In this document: piece after piece, positions 1-8,279 of the stretch
Layout: the number at the start of each line of letters is the position of its first letter
Position numbering within the stretch: the first letter of the stretch is position 1
Assembly (NCBI GenBank): GCA_035546535.1
Contig: DASZWQ010000111.1
Location: 16,357-80,356 of the forward strand
DNA length: 64,000 nucleotides
Source of the DNA: Pirellulales bacterium
Lineage (GTDB): Bacteria > Planctomycetota > Planctomycetia > Pirellulales > JACPPG01
Direction of reading: 5' to 3'
Position numbers and translations under genes: made by a program
The notes under the pieces: model-generated
What the model saw: the letters and a program-made list of their open reading frames with translations, nothing else
The model's database searches: none
What the model was told of the DNA's origin: nothing

Positions 1-128
1 ACGAGGCCATGCCCGAAAGAATCTCGACAAGCACGCATGGCCCGTATAGCCTGAATTGCTGGATAGTTCGCGCGATCTTGGTCCGAAAGAGGGCGCGCGA
101 TCGGCAATTCTTAAGAGGCAAGCGCGCC

Positions 129-1175
129 ATGGCCCACTTCTTTTCGCCGCGCATCGGGCTGCGTGACATGTCGCAACTGAGCCGGCGGATGGCTATCGCC
201 CTGGCCAGCGGTATCGAGGTGCGTCGCGTGCTGGAACGCGAAGTGGCCAACACGCGCAAGACGCTGCTCAAGGCCAAGCTGACCGACGTTTATCATGCCG
301 TGGCCCGCGGCGATACTTTGGCCGAGGGCTTTGCCCGCACCGGCGATTATTTTCCGCCGCTGGTGCAAGAGATCGTTCAGGTCGGCGAGCATACCGGGCA
401 CGTCGCCGAGGTGTTCCGGCGCCTGGCCGATCATTACGAGGAGCGGGTGCGCTTGCAGCGATCGTTTCTATCGAGCATCACGTGGCCGTGCATTGAGCTG
501 GGCTTATCACTTTTGATCGTGGGGATCATGATCCTGGTGTCTGGCGCCATCGGCGCACGCAACGGCACGAAGACCGATATCCTGGGTCTGGGCCTGGTCG
601 GCGAAGAGGGCTTCGTCGTCTACTGTCTGATCCTGGGCAGCATCGGCGGGGGTCTGTTTTTCGTGTACCAGGCGATGCGGCGCGGGCTGGCCTGGACGCA
701 GCCGGTGCAAAAGGTGGCGCTCTCCATTCCCGCGCTCGGCGGACCGCTGCGCACGATCGCGCTGGCGAACATGGCTTGGACGATGGAGCTGACGATGGAG
801 GCCGGTGTCGAAATCATGCGCGCCATGAAGCTCAGCCTGGCCGCCACTCGGAACGCCTTTTTCACTTGCCACACCGACCAGGTGGTTCGTTCGATTCGCG
901 CCGGCAACGAAGTACACGAGGCGCTCACCGATACGGGCGCATTTCCCTTCGAGTTTCTGGCCTCGGTCGAGGTGGGCGAGCGCAGCGGCCGGCTGCCCGA
1001 GGCCATGAAGAGCCTGGCCCACGAGTATCACGAGCGAGCCCGAGCGGCTGTGCAAACATTGACGACGCTGGCCGGCTGGGCCGTGTGGGGCGTCGTGGCG
1101 ATGGTGATCATCGCGATGATCTTCCGCGCCTTTTCCTCGTATATCAACGTGCTGAATGAAGCCACGAAGATGTGA
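129..1175 (+). CDS. Type II secretion / type IV pilus inner-membrane platform protein (GspF/PilC family)
   Basis: ORF 9..1175. Two T2SSF-type repeats (GIEVRRVLE...FPPLVQEIVQVGEHTG and GVEIMRAMK...FPFEFLASVEVGERSG), each followed by hydrophobic helices. ATG at 129 (MAHFF) is preferred over 9 because the first 40 aa are Arg-rich junk-like sequence. Start uncertain. Confidence 0.85.
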   Translation: MAHFFSPRIGLRDMSQLSRRMAIALASGIEVRRVLEREVANTRKTLLKAKLTDVYHAVARGDTLAEGFARTGDYFPPLVQEIVQVGEHTGHVAEVFRRLADHYEERVRLQRSFLSSITWPCIELGLSLLIVGIMILVSGAIGARNGTKTDILGLGLVGEEGFVVYCLILGSIGGGLFFVYQAMRRGLAWTQPVQKVALSIPALGGPLRTIALANMAWTMELTMEAGVEIMRAMKLSLAATRNAFFTCHTDQVVRSIRAGNEVHEALTDTGAFPFEFLASVEVGERSGRLPEAMKSLAHEYHERARAAVQTLTTLAGWAVWGVVAMVIIAMIFRAFSSYINVLNEATKM

Positions 1176-1190
1176 GGGAAGAAGGAGGCA

Positions 1191-1334
1191 GAGGGCAGTG
1201 GGGAGAGGGAAGTAGTCAGTAGTCGGTAGACAGTAGTCAGAAAGAAAATCGCGTCGTCGTACCAACATTTAGCCGCCGGGCTTGCCTGGCGGTCCCCACT
1301 GAGTACTGATTACTGACTACCGACTACTGCCCTC
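1191..1334. repeat. Imperfect long palindrome built from GTAGTCR heptamers around a CUUG-tetraloop hairpin; probable bidirectional terminator or repeat element
   Basis: Lies between convergent stops at 1175 and 1333. Arm agtagtcagtagtcggtagacagtagtcag (1211..1240) is the imperfect reverse complement of agtactgattactgactaccgactact (1302..1328). Outer gagggcagtgggg (1191..1203) pairs with ccccactg (1294..1301) plus gccctc (1329..1334). Central hairpin is ccgccggg-cttg-cctggcgg (1273..1292). Confidence 0.6.
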
Positions 1335-2064
1335 ACCCTTCACAGCTTTCGGCCAGTTCGCGTACGTAGGCAAGCGCTTCTTCCACGTCGCTGGTGGGGA
1401 CGCCGACTTGCCGGCCGGCGCGGTCACATTGGGCCAACAGCATTAGTTCGTCGAAGCTTTCCGATTCTTCCAAACGACGCCGCGAGCGGGCTCCCAAAGT
1501 CCCATCGCGCAAGGCCGCGGCTTCGGAATGGTGCTCGATCAGCCAGGCGGTGCGCGGCGTGATGTGCCCTTCGAGCTCCGCAAGCGCTGCCGCCACGTGG
1601 TCCTGCGGATCGATGCCCTTGCCCACGTCGTGCAACAAGGCCGCCAGAAGGAACTCTTCGTCGTAGGGGAGCTCGTCGCAGGCCAGGTCGAACACTTGTA
1701 AGCTGTGATACAGCGCGTCCCCTTCCGGATGATACTGGGGTTTTTGCATTACCTTTTCCAGCGGCAAGAGCAGCGCGCGATAGACGATAAAGCGGTCGGG
1801 CGTGAACAAGTCTTCAACCGGGCCGGGCAGTGTGTATTCGATGTCCGGTGAAGTGCGGCCCGTCTCCAACTGCGAGAGTCGCGCAAAGGCCTCGACCTGT
1901 TCATGAATTTCGCGCCGGCTCGGCATTTCGTGCGGGCGCACAGGCTCGGGCGAGAGCGAGCGGGCAGCTTTCAGGCGGGCGCGGTAGAACTCGGATTCCT
2001 GGCGGCGGTACAAGAGTCGCGCAGCTTCCCACGCGATCCGCTGTCGCAATTGGTCTTTGCCCAT
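1333..2064 (-). CDS. HD-domain phosphohydrolase
   Basis: ORF 1333..2319. ATG at 2064 (MGKDQLRQRIAWE) chosen. HD signature LLAALLHDVGKG, then IEHHSE and QCDRAG. The 85 upstream residues of the long ORF are Arg/Ala-rich and overlap the 3' end of the next gene. Confidence 0.8.
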   Translation of the reverse strand: MGKDQLRQRIAWEAARLLYRRQESEFYRARLKAARSLSPEPVRPHEMPSRREIHEQVEAFARLSQLETGRTSPDIEYTLPGPVEDLFTPDRFIVYRALLLPLEKVMQKPQYHPEGDALYHSLQVFDLACDELPYDEEFLLAALLHDVGKGIDPQDHVAAALAELEGHITPRTAWLIEHHSEAAALRDGTLGARSRRRLEESESFDELMLLAQCDRAGRQVGVPTSDVEEALAYVRELAESCEG

Positions 2065-2248
2065 CGGAGAGTTCTGCGTCGAGTGCCGGGACGGCTTTGG
2101 CGAGAGGGAGAAGACGCTTGAGGGCCACACCTTAAGTATACGCAGCGGGGGCCAAAAGCGGCAAATCGCTGCCCGCCGCCGGGCCGTCGACGCAACACCC
2201 GGCGCGCACGCTCCACGTCGAGGGGCTGTCGCCGGCGCGGTTGCCCGG

Positions 2249-2992
2249 CTACCGCCCTTCGACTTCCAATAGACGCGTCTGCTGTTTGATGGTCCGCAGC
2301 ACGAAGTACAGCACGACACCCACCAGACAGATCACTTGCCAGGTGGGATCGAGCGCAACGCGCCCTTCGACGACCAGGTGCTCGCTCAGGCCGAGCGCGG
2401 CGAAGGTGAGGATCACGCCCATCATGCCCGAGTACTCGCGCTTCAGCACGTTGCGTAGCGAGAACGAGAGCGACGCCGCTTGCCAATTCTTCCAGCGCGG
2501 CAGAAAGGCCGGCGTATTGGCGGCCCATTTGACGTAGGCTTCGCCAAACTTGCGGCGCAAGAACTCTTCTTCGGCGAACATGATCCGCTCGTAGTAGATC
2601 CAGAAGATCAACGATACGATCACGACCAGCCACCACAGTTGACTGTACATCGTGACGCCTAGCCACATCAGATAGTTGCCCAAGTAGAGCGGATGGCGGA
2701 CCGTCGAGTAAATGCCCGAGGTGTTCAACTCGTCGGCCCGTTGCCCGTGCGTGTTGCGACCGGAGGTTCCTTTGGGCGTGAAGCCGATGGTGAGAATGCG
2801 CACGCCCAGGCCGGCCAGCGAGACGGCGAAGCACAAGAGCGTCCACCACAGGGGCGGAACGAAACCAGTCATGCGGTTTTCCCACAGGCCAAGAGCGAGA
2901 ATGGGAATCAAGGCCAGCGGCAAATAGCTACGCCAGCAGAAGAGCCAATTGCCGACCGATTCCATCTCTTCGCGGAGGGGCATCCTTGCCAT
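2249..2992 (-). CDS. Membrane methyltransferase of the isoprenylcysteine carboxyl / phospholipid methyltransferase (ICMT/PEMT) type
   Basis: Multi-pass hydrophobic protein. Core TVRHPLYLGNYLMWLG ... YERIMFAEEEFLRRKFGEAY resembles the ICMT/PEMT-family signature. Confidence 0.7.
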   Translation of the reverse strand: MARMPLREEMESVGNWLFCWRSYLPLALIPILALGLWENRMTGFVPPLWWTLLCFAVSLAGLGVRILTIGFTPKGTSGRNTHGQRADELNTSGIYSTVRHPLYLGNYLMWLGVTMYSQLWWLVVIVSLIFWIYYERIMFAEEEFLRRKFGEAYVKWAANTPAFLPRWKNWQAASLSFSLRNVLKREYSGMMGVILTFAALGLSEHLVVEGRVALDPTWQVICLVGVVLYFVLRTIKQQTRLLEVEGR

Positions 2993-3141
2993 CCTTATTT
3001 CGGGCCGTCGACCGTAGCGCGGTCGCGCATGTCTGAAACATCGAGAATTGAGCCAGCAGGCATGCTGGCGGCGGCAGATGATACCGATAAACCGGCTGGC
3101 GCCCCAAGGGCAGAAATCGACTAGCTAGCATCGGCGTGGAC

Positions 3142-3327
3142 TCAGCCAAGGCCTCCTTCGCAGCAGGTTTCGCAAATCGTGTGGCAGCGCGAACAAATGA
3201 GCTTGCCGCGCTGCTCGACCAGATGCCCGCCACAGACCGGGCATGCCGGGCGCGAGGCCCGCGGCTGCGGATCACGGTCGCCCCTTTTTTCAGGCTTGGA
3301 TCGACTGTCGCTAGGCTGGCTGCTCAT
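3142..3327 (-). CDS. Small zinc-ribbon protein (61 aa), hypothetical
   Basis: Internal ATG at 3327 of ORF 3142..3720. Sequence is MSSQPSDSRSKPEKRGDRDPQPRASRPACPVCGGHLVEQRGKLICSRCHTICETCCEGGLG with paired CxxC ... CxxC. GC3-rich codons. Same strand as, and upstream of, the methyltransferase gene. Confidence 0.4.
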   Translation of the reverse strand: MSSQPSDSRSKPEKRGDRDPQPRASRPACPVCGGHLVEQRGKLICSRCHTICETCCEGGLG

Positions 3328-3553
3328 CGAGCAAAACGCAAAGGGGCCTTGAGGCGATTCGGTGCTTGTTCCACGACAAGTATGCCTCACGCCCGGCGAT
3401 TCGGCTATGGTCGGCGTTTTCGACCGCCGAGCGACTTTCATACCGTGGCGAGCGTTTGCTGTCGCCGCGCCAAATGGCGCAGTAGAATCGCGATCCGCAA
3501 GACCATGACGCCGTATCACCATAAGCGAATTCGCACGCCGGGAGAGAAAACTG

Positions 3554-4243
3554 ATGTTTTTGCCGCGAACGATTGGAGCTTTTTTGTTGTTGTGTGCTTT
3601 GGCCGGGTCCGCAGTTGCGGCGGATAACGTGCTTTCGGACCAGGAAAAGGCCGACGGCTGGCGTCTGCTGTTCGACGGCCGCACGCCTTGGAAAACCAGC
3701 ACGCTCGCGGCCAGCAACACGCCCGTTCAGGAAGGTGCGCTCAATCCGCACGGCAGCGGCGGCTACATGGTGATCCACGATCAGCCGTGGGAGAATTTTC
3801 GGCTGGCGCTCGATTTCAAACTGAGCAAAGGGTGCAACAGCGGAATCTTCATCCGCACGTTTCCGCTGGAACCGCGACCAGGAAAAGATGTTGGTTACAA
3901 CGGCCTGGAAGTGGCGCTCGACGACACGCCGACGGCCGGCTACACCGATACCGGTGCCATTTACGATCTCTCGAAGCCCACCCGCAATGCCATGCGGCCG
4001 ATCGGCGAGTGGAATCACATCGAAATCACCTGCGATAAGAGCGTGATCGACGTCGTGCTGAACGGCGAGCACGTCAATCATCTGGATCTCGAGCGGTTCG
4101 CGAAGCCCAACCTGCGACCCGACGGGACGCCGCACAAGTTCGACGTCGCCTACAAGGACCATCCGCGGCGCGGCTACATCGGCCTGCAAGACCACGGGTC
4201 GAACTGCTGGTTCAAGAACATCAAGCTGAAGGAGTTGGATTAA
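3554..4243 (+). CDS. Secreted DUF1080-family protein (3-keto-disaccharide hydrolase-like lectin fold)
   Basis: Signal peptide AFLLLCALAGSAVAA. Motifs GWRLLFDG, NFRLALDFK, NSGIFIR, IGEWNHIEI, GYIGLQDHGSNCWFKNIKLKEL. GGAGAG lies 7 nt upstream of the ATG. Confidence 0.85.
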   Translation: MFLPRTIGAFLLLCALAGSAVAADNVLSDQEKADGWRLLFDGRTPWKTSTLAASNTPVQEGALNPHGSGGYMVIHDQPWENFRLALDFKLSKGCNSGIFIRTFPLEPRPGKDVGYNGLEVALDDTPTAGYTDTGAIYDLSKPTRNAMRPIGEWNHIEITCDKSVIDVVLNGEHVNHLDLERFAKPNLRPDGTPHKFDVAYKDHPRRGYIGLQDHGSNCWFKNIKLKELD

Positions 4244-4334
4244 CCAGGACAGCAGACGTGGACGGCTGTTCACGTCGATGCTAGCATGAGGGCGATATTC
4301 TGCTGACGGTCGTGACTTGTCGAATGGATTGCCG

Positions 4335-5630
4335 ATGAAAGCTCGCGGTCAAACACTTCTTTTTCCTGAACTTCAGTCAGAAACTTCAGCGCGAGAGGAC
4401 CGCTCTTCGACCTTTGTCGATAACATGTCGCTCCCAATTCATCGCTGGTTTCGGTACAGCGCGGGGTTTTCGGCGCGATGGGTTGAGCACACGCTTCGCG
4501 AGACCGGCGAGGCCCGCGATTTGACCGTATTCGACCCGTTTGCCGGCTCGGCGACGACTCTACTTGCGGCGGAATCCGTCGGGGCACGGAGTTGGGGGAT
4601 CGATTCTCATCCATTTGTATCGCGCATAGCGCGGGCGAAACTCCTATGGCGTTCCGACGTGGATGCGTATCTGCGCAAGATTCAAGAGATCCGGCAACAT
4701 GCGGATGCCCATCCAGCGCCCGAGATCCAGTATCCTCCATTGATCTACAAGTGCTATGACGAGATGACACTGCGCGAATTGAGTGCGCTGCGTCGGGCGT
4801 ATGAGGCAATTCGTGATGACACGGCGGCATCGGAGCTTGCGTGGCTGACGCTCGTTGCAATTCTCCGAAGGGTATCGGCGGCTGGAACTGCCCAATGGCA
4901 ATATGTTTTGCCGAAAAAGAGGAAACGGTCGCCACAAAGTGTGCGCCGCGCGTTCTCGGATTGTTCGCAAATGATTGCCGCAGACATGTCTTTCGCGCAA
5001 TCGACGAACTCCCATTCGCCGGTTTTCGTGGAATCTGATGCCCGGACATGCGAAGGCATTCCCAATAACGTTGCGAATTACGTGATCACATCGCCCCCGT
5101 ATCCAAACAACTACGACTACGCCGATGCTGCCCGCCTGGAACTGTCGTTTCTGGGAGAAATCTCCGGCTGGGGAGATTTGCAGTCGAAGATCCGCACGCA
5201 TCTGGTACGTTCGTGCTCTCAACATGTGCCGCAGTCAGCGGTACAACTTGAAGAGGTGTTATCCGCAGACGAGCTAACACCGGTACGTGACGAGTTGACG
5301 GCTGTCTGCAACCAGCTTTCGGAGATACGTGTCACCAAAGGTGGTAAGAAGACTTACCATTTGATGATTGCCTGCTACTTTTACGATCTTGCTCGGGTTT
5401 GGTTGTCCTTGCGTAGAGTTTGCCTTGATGGTGCGACCGTTTGCTTCGTAATCGGCGATTCGGCACCCTACGGAGTCTACGTGCCGGTAATCTCCTGGTT
5501 AAGCTCACTCGCGCAAGCGGCGGGCTTCGGTGACGCCCGGTTTGAAAAGACACGAGACAGAAATGTGAAGTGGAAAAATCGCAAGCACAGAGTTCCGCTT
5601 GTCGAAGGACGTCTTTGGCTTAAGGGTTGA
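4335..5630 (+). CDS. DNA methyltransferase (amino-MTase, SPPY catalytic motif; N4-C or N6-A)
   Basis: ORF 4317 (TTG) or 4335 (ATG) to 5630. AdoMet motif I VFDPFAGSATTLLAAESVG starts at nt 4533. Catalytic motif IV TSPPYPNNYDY is at nt 5091..5102. GC is lower than in the flanks. Confidence 0.85.
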   Translation: MKARGQTLLFPELQSETSAREDRSSTFVDNMSLPIHRWFRYSAGFSARWVEHTLRETGEARDLTVFDPFAGSATTLLAAESVGARSWGIDSHPFVSRIARAKLLWRSDVDAYLRKIQEIRQHADAHPAPEIQYPPLIYKCYDEMTLRELSALRRAYEAIRDDTAASELAWLTLVAILRRVSAAGTAQWQYVLPKKRKRSPQSVRRAFSDCSQMIAADMSFAQSTNSHSPVFVESDARTCEGIPNNVANYVITSPPYPNNYDYADAARLELSFLGEISGWGDLQSKIRTHLVRSCSQHVPQSAVQLEEVLSADELTPVRDELTAVCNQLSEIRVTKGGKKTYHLMIACYFYDLARVWLSLRRVCLDGATVCFVIGDSAPYGVYVPVISWLSSLAQAAGFGDARFEKTRDRNVKWKNRKHRVPLVEGRLWLKG

Positions 5631-5632
5631 GA

Positions 5633-6514
5633 ATGGCGCGATCGCCAGCACACAAGTTTGGGCAAATCATAGGGGACGTTCTTGAACTTGCCGTCGTGCC
5701 GCTCCTCCAGAAGTTTGCATCCGAACATCAACTCTTCCTTGATCGGAAGGGACCAAGGAGCTGTCGCGACTCGATTAAATGCAGCTGGGTCGATCGCAAC
5801 GGCAACTCGCACGATCTAGATTTCGTGCTCGAGCGAGGAGGGTCTGACAAACAATTTGGTGCGCCCGTCGCATTTATCGAGGTTGCCTGGCGTCGGTATA
5901 CCAAACACTCTCGAAACAAAGCCCAGGAGATTCAAGGCGCGATTGAGCCCCTTGCAGACACGCATTTCGCGACCGCTCCGTTTAAGGGCGCTATACTCGC
6001 GGGCGACTTCACCAGTGGCGCTCTCACACAGTTGCGGTCGCTTGGATTCTCGGTTTTGTATTTCTCCTATGATTCGGTCGTCTCAGTTTTTCGTGAATTC
6101 GGCATTGATGCAGCCTTCGACGAGAGCACCGCTGACAGCGCGTTTCGAAGCAAGGTACGCGCCTATGCTTCACTGAAACCGCAGGAAAAATCGCGCCTCC
6201 CAGTACGGTTGCTCGCTGCGCACGACAACGACGTGTCGGCATTCATGAATGCTTTGGAAGCATCCGTGCTTCGCCAGATCGAGTGCGTCGTCGTGTTGCT
6301 GCTTTATGGAACAGCGCGCGAATTGCAGACGGTCGACGAGGCAATCGCCTACATTGAGACACACGCTGGCGCGGATAACGGTAACTTGAAGCGATACGAG
6401 CTTGAAGTCCGTTATAGCAACGGAGACGCGATCGTTGGAAGATTCAAAAAGCGCGAAGACGCAATCGCGTTCCTTCTGCAGTATCAACCAGCGCGACCAC
6501 CGGGAAATAGATAG
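5633..6514 (+). CDS. Hypothetical protein; candidate cognate restriction endonuclease of the adjacent methyltransferase
   Basis: ATG at 5633 lies 2 nt after the MTase stop (TGA 5628..5630), with AAGGG upstream. No family recognised. N-terminal HDLDFVLERGG...VAFIEVAWRRYTKH is only loosely PD-(D/E)XK-like. Lowest GC in the window. I am confident it is a CDS; the function is inferred from position. Confidence 0.5.
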   Translation: MARSPAHKFGQIIGDVLELAVVPLLQKFASEHQLFLDRKGPRSCRDSIKCSWVDRNGNSHDLDFVLERGGSDKQFGAPVAFIEVAWRRYTKHSRNKAQEIQGAIEPLADTHFATAPFKGAILAGDFTSGALTQLRSLGFSVLYFSYDSVVSVFREFGIDAAFDESTADSAFRSKVRAYASLKPQEKSRLPVRLLAAHDNDVSAFMNALEASVLRQIECVVVLLLYGTARELQTVDEAIAYIETHAGADNGNLKRYELEVRYSNGDAIVGRFKKREDAIAFLLQYQPARPPGNR

Positions 6515-6525
6515 GTGCCACCTGC

Positions 6526-7302
6526 CTACCCGCCGAACAGATCCTTGTAGGTCGTCTTCGCGGCCTGAATGCCCATTCGCAGGGCGGAAACGTCGGCGCC
6601 CAGGCTGAGCATGCGGCACCCTTTCTCGTAGCAGCAGTGCGTGTATTCGGGATTCGGAGCGACGGTGCCCCAGTGCTTGCCGTGCTTGCGGCAAGCGGCA
6701 GCGACGCGATCGAGCCCTTCGAGTAATTTCGGGTGCGAGAATTGTCCGAGCACTCCCATCGCTTGCGATAGATCGCTGGGACCAACGAACAACAGGTCGA
6801 CGGCGTCGTTCGCGGCGATGGCGTCGACATCGTTCAGGGCGCCGAGCGTTTCGATCTGAATCGCCACGAACTGTTCGCAGTTGGCATCCTTCGCGAATTG
6901 TTCTTGTGACTTGTGCGTGTAGTGGGCGTCACGGCCCGAGGTGTTCAGACCGCGCAAACCGCGCGGAGCGAACTTAGCCCACTTGACGAACTCCTCGGCG
7001 TGCGCCGCGGACTTGATTTGCGCGGCCATCACGCCGCCGGCACCCGCTTCCAGGTTTTGCGTCACCAGGGCGTAATCCGTTGGCGCCATGCGCACGAAAC
7101 AATCGAAGTTGTTGGCCCGGGCACAGGCCGCGGCGAGTTGCACTTCCTGATACGACAGCCCGCAATGTTCCTGATCGAGCCAGAAGCCGTGAAAGCCGCC
7201 GGCCAGGCCGAACATGTCGATCACGACCGGATGGGTCAGCCGCCCCAGGGCAAAAACGCGGACCAGCTCGCCCTTGGCCAATAGCTCTCGAAAGCGACTC
7301 AT
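6526..7302 (-). CDS. HpcH/HpaI aldolase / citrate-lyase beta family protein
   Basis: ORF 6526..7617; ATG at 7302 (MSRFRELLAKGELV). Motifs FGLAGGFHGFWLDQEH, VRMAP, IQIETLGALNDVDAIAA, DLLFVGPSDLS are typical of 2-keto-3-deoxy-acid aldolases of this family. Confidence 0.85.
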   Translation of the reverse strand: MSRFRELLAKGELVRVFALGRLTHPVVIDMFGLAGGFHGFWLDQEHCGLSYQEVQLAAACARANNFDCFVRMAPTDYALVTQNLEAGAGGVMAAQIKSAAHAEEFVKWAKFAPRGLRGLNTSGRDAHYTHKSQEQFAKDANCEQFVAIQIETLGALNDVDAIAANDAVDLLFVGPSDLSQAMGVLGQFSHPKLLEGLDRVAAACRKHGKHWGTVAPNPEYTHCCYEKGCRMLSLGADVSALRMGIQAAKTTYKDLFGG

Positions 7303-7798
7303 GATCGATGGATCCCCCGGCTTTGGTAACTTGGGAAGGTTCTCGGCGGCAGGGCTGACACCGCGACTTGGCATGCCGCTTAAAAAGCGGGCCAGGAGCA
7401 GTCCAGCTAGCCATGCGTCCGCGTGGAGCAAAGTCTGACAGTGCCTGACCTTAGCGTCAAGCCGCCGGGCGCGATTGCGGGCTCGGTTAGGTGAGGCGGT
7501 GACAACGCCCCAAAAATATTTTCGCAATACCCGCGAACCATCCTCCCGGCGGAGTGTCCCTGAGGCGTACGGCGGGCATTTTGTTCGCCGAGAGGCCTCG
7601 GGCGGCCCTTTCCGCATTGACTTTGCGGGTAGACCGTGACAGGCTTACTTAGTTGGTCCCCGGGCCCGGCCCCGGCCGACAAAGAGGTTAAAGGAGACAG
7701 GTCCGCCACCTGGCCGGCGCGTGCTTCGTGCGGCCGGGGGGGCGGAATAACGTTCGTTTTTCGTTCTCTCCAAAAGCGCTCAGCGCACGGAGTCACAG

Positions 7799-8110
7799 AT
7801 GCGTACCAATATCAATCGCAACACGTCGGTCGTAACCCTCGCGAATCGCCTGGGCCGTATCGTCGTTGCCGCGAATGATCGGGTACGCAGCGTGGACGTT
7901 GCGCAGCCCGTCTCAGGGCAATTCTTTACGGCGCTAGTCGGTTATCAGGGTGCGCTTAAGCGCGCCATGAAACCGGCAGCTACCGGCGCAGCCGCCGGTA
8001 TGGAAGCGGCGATTAGTTCGCTCGCTTCCATTACGACGGGGCTGCTGTCGAGGTGCTGGCATACGCCGAGCGTTATGCCGCACCACGCGGTCGTCAGGGT
8101 TAGTTCCTAG
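7799..8110 (+). CDS. Hypothetical protein (103 aa), weak call
   Basis: Only sizeable ORF in the ~1 kb gap 7303..8279. Third-position GC is moderately high. No recognisable motif, signal peptide or RBS. Confidence 0.3.
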   Translation: MRTNINRNTSVVTLANRLGRIVVAANDRVRSVDVAQPVSGQFFTALVGYQGALKRAMKPAATGAAAGMEAAISSLASITTGLLSRCWHTPSVMPHHAVVRVSS

Positions 8111-8279
8111 TTCCGCAAGCCAAGCGAACTAAGAAACTCGAAACCACGACGACAGCCGGTCGGCAGCCCCTGGCCGCGGTGAAGGGCCTTTTCACGCCTT
8201 TTTCCGCACGCCGAGGACTGGCACGTTTTCCTCAGCTTTTGCACCGTGCCGCGAAGCACGGTTTTTCACGGAGAGAGCC

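Noticed and set aside
507-1268. 253-aa minus-strand ORF starting in the palindrome (MLVRRRDFLSDYCLPTTDY...).
   Set aside because: It runs antisense through the GspF/PilC gene. Its N-terminus is just the translated heptamer repeat. It has no motifs.
6526-7617. N-terminal extensions of ORF-track entries. Examples: aldolase to 7617, HD protein to 2319, PSP1 to 63666, creatininase to 26851, TIM-barrel isomerase to 29576, GH38-like from 20004.
   Set aside because: The extensions are low-complexity or overlap neighbouring genes. Internal ATG/GTG codons give family-typical N-termini, several with Shine-Dalgarno-like sequences.
7430-7760. Candidate RNase P, SRP, tmRNA or 6S RNA in the large gap.
   Set aside because: I found no GAGGAAAGUCC-type CR-I box, no ACAGAAxCCGGCUUA 3' motif, no SRP GGAAGCAGC domain IV motif and no tmRNA CCACCA-type 3' end on either strand. 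The region is kept only as a low-interest finding.
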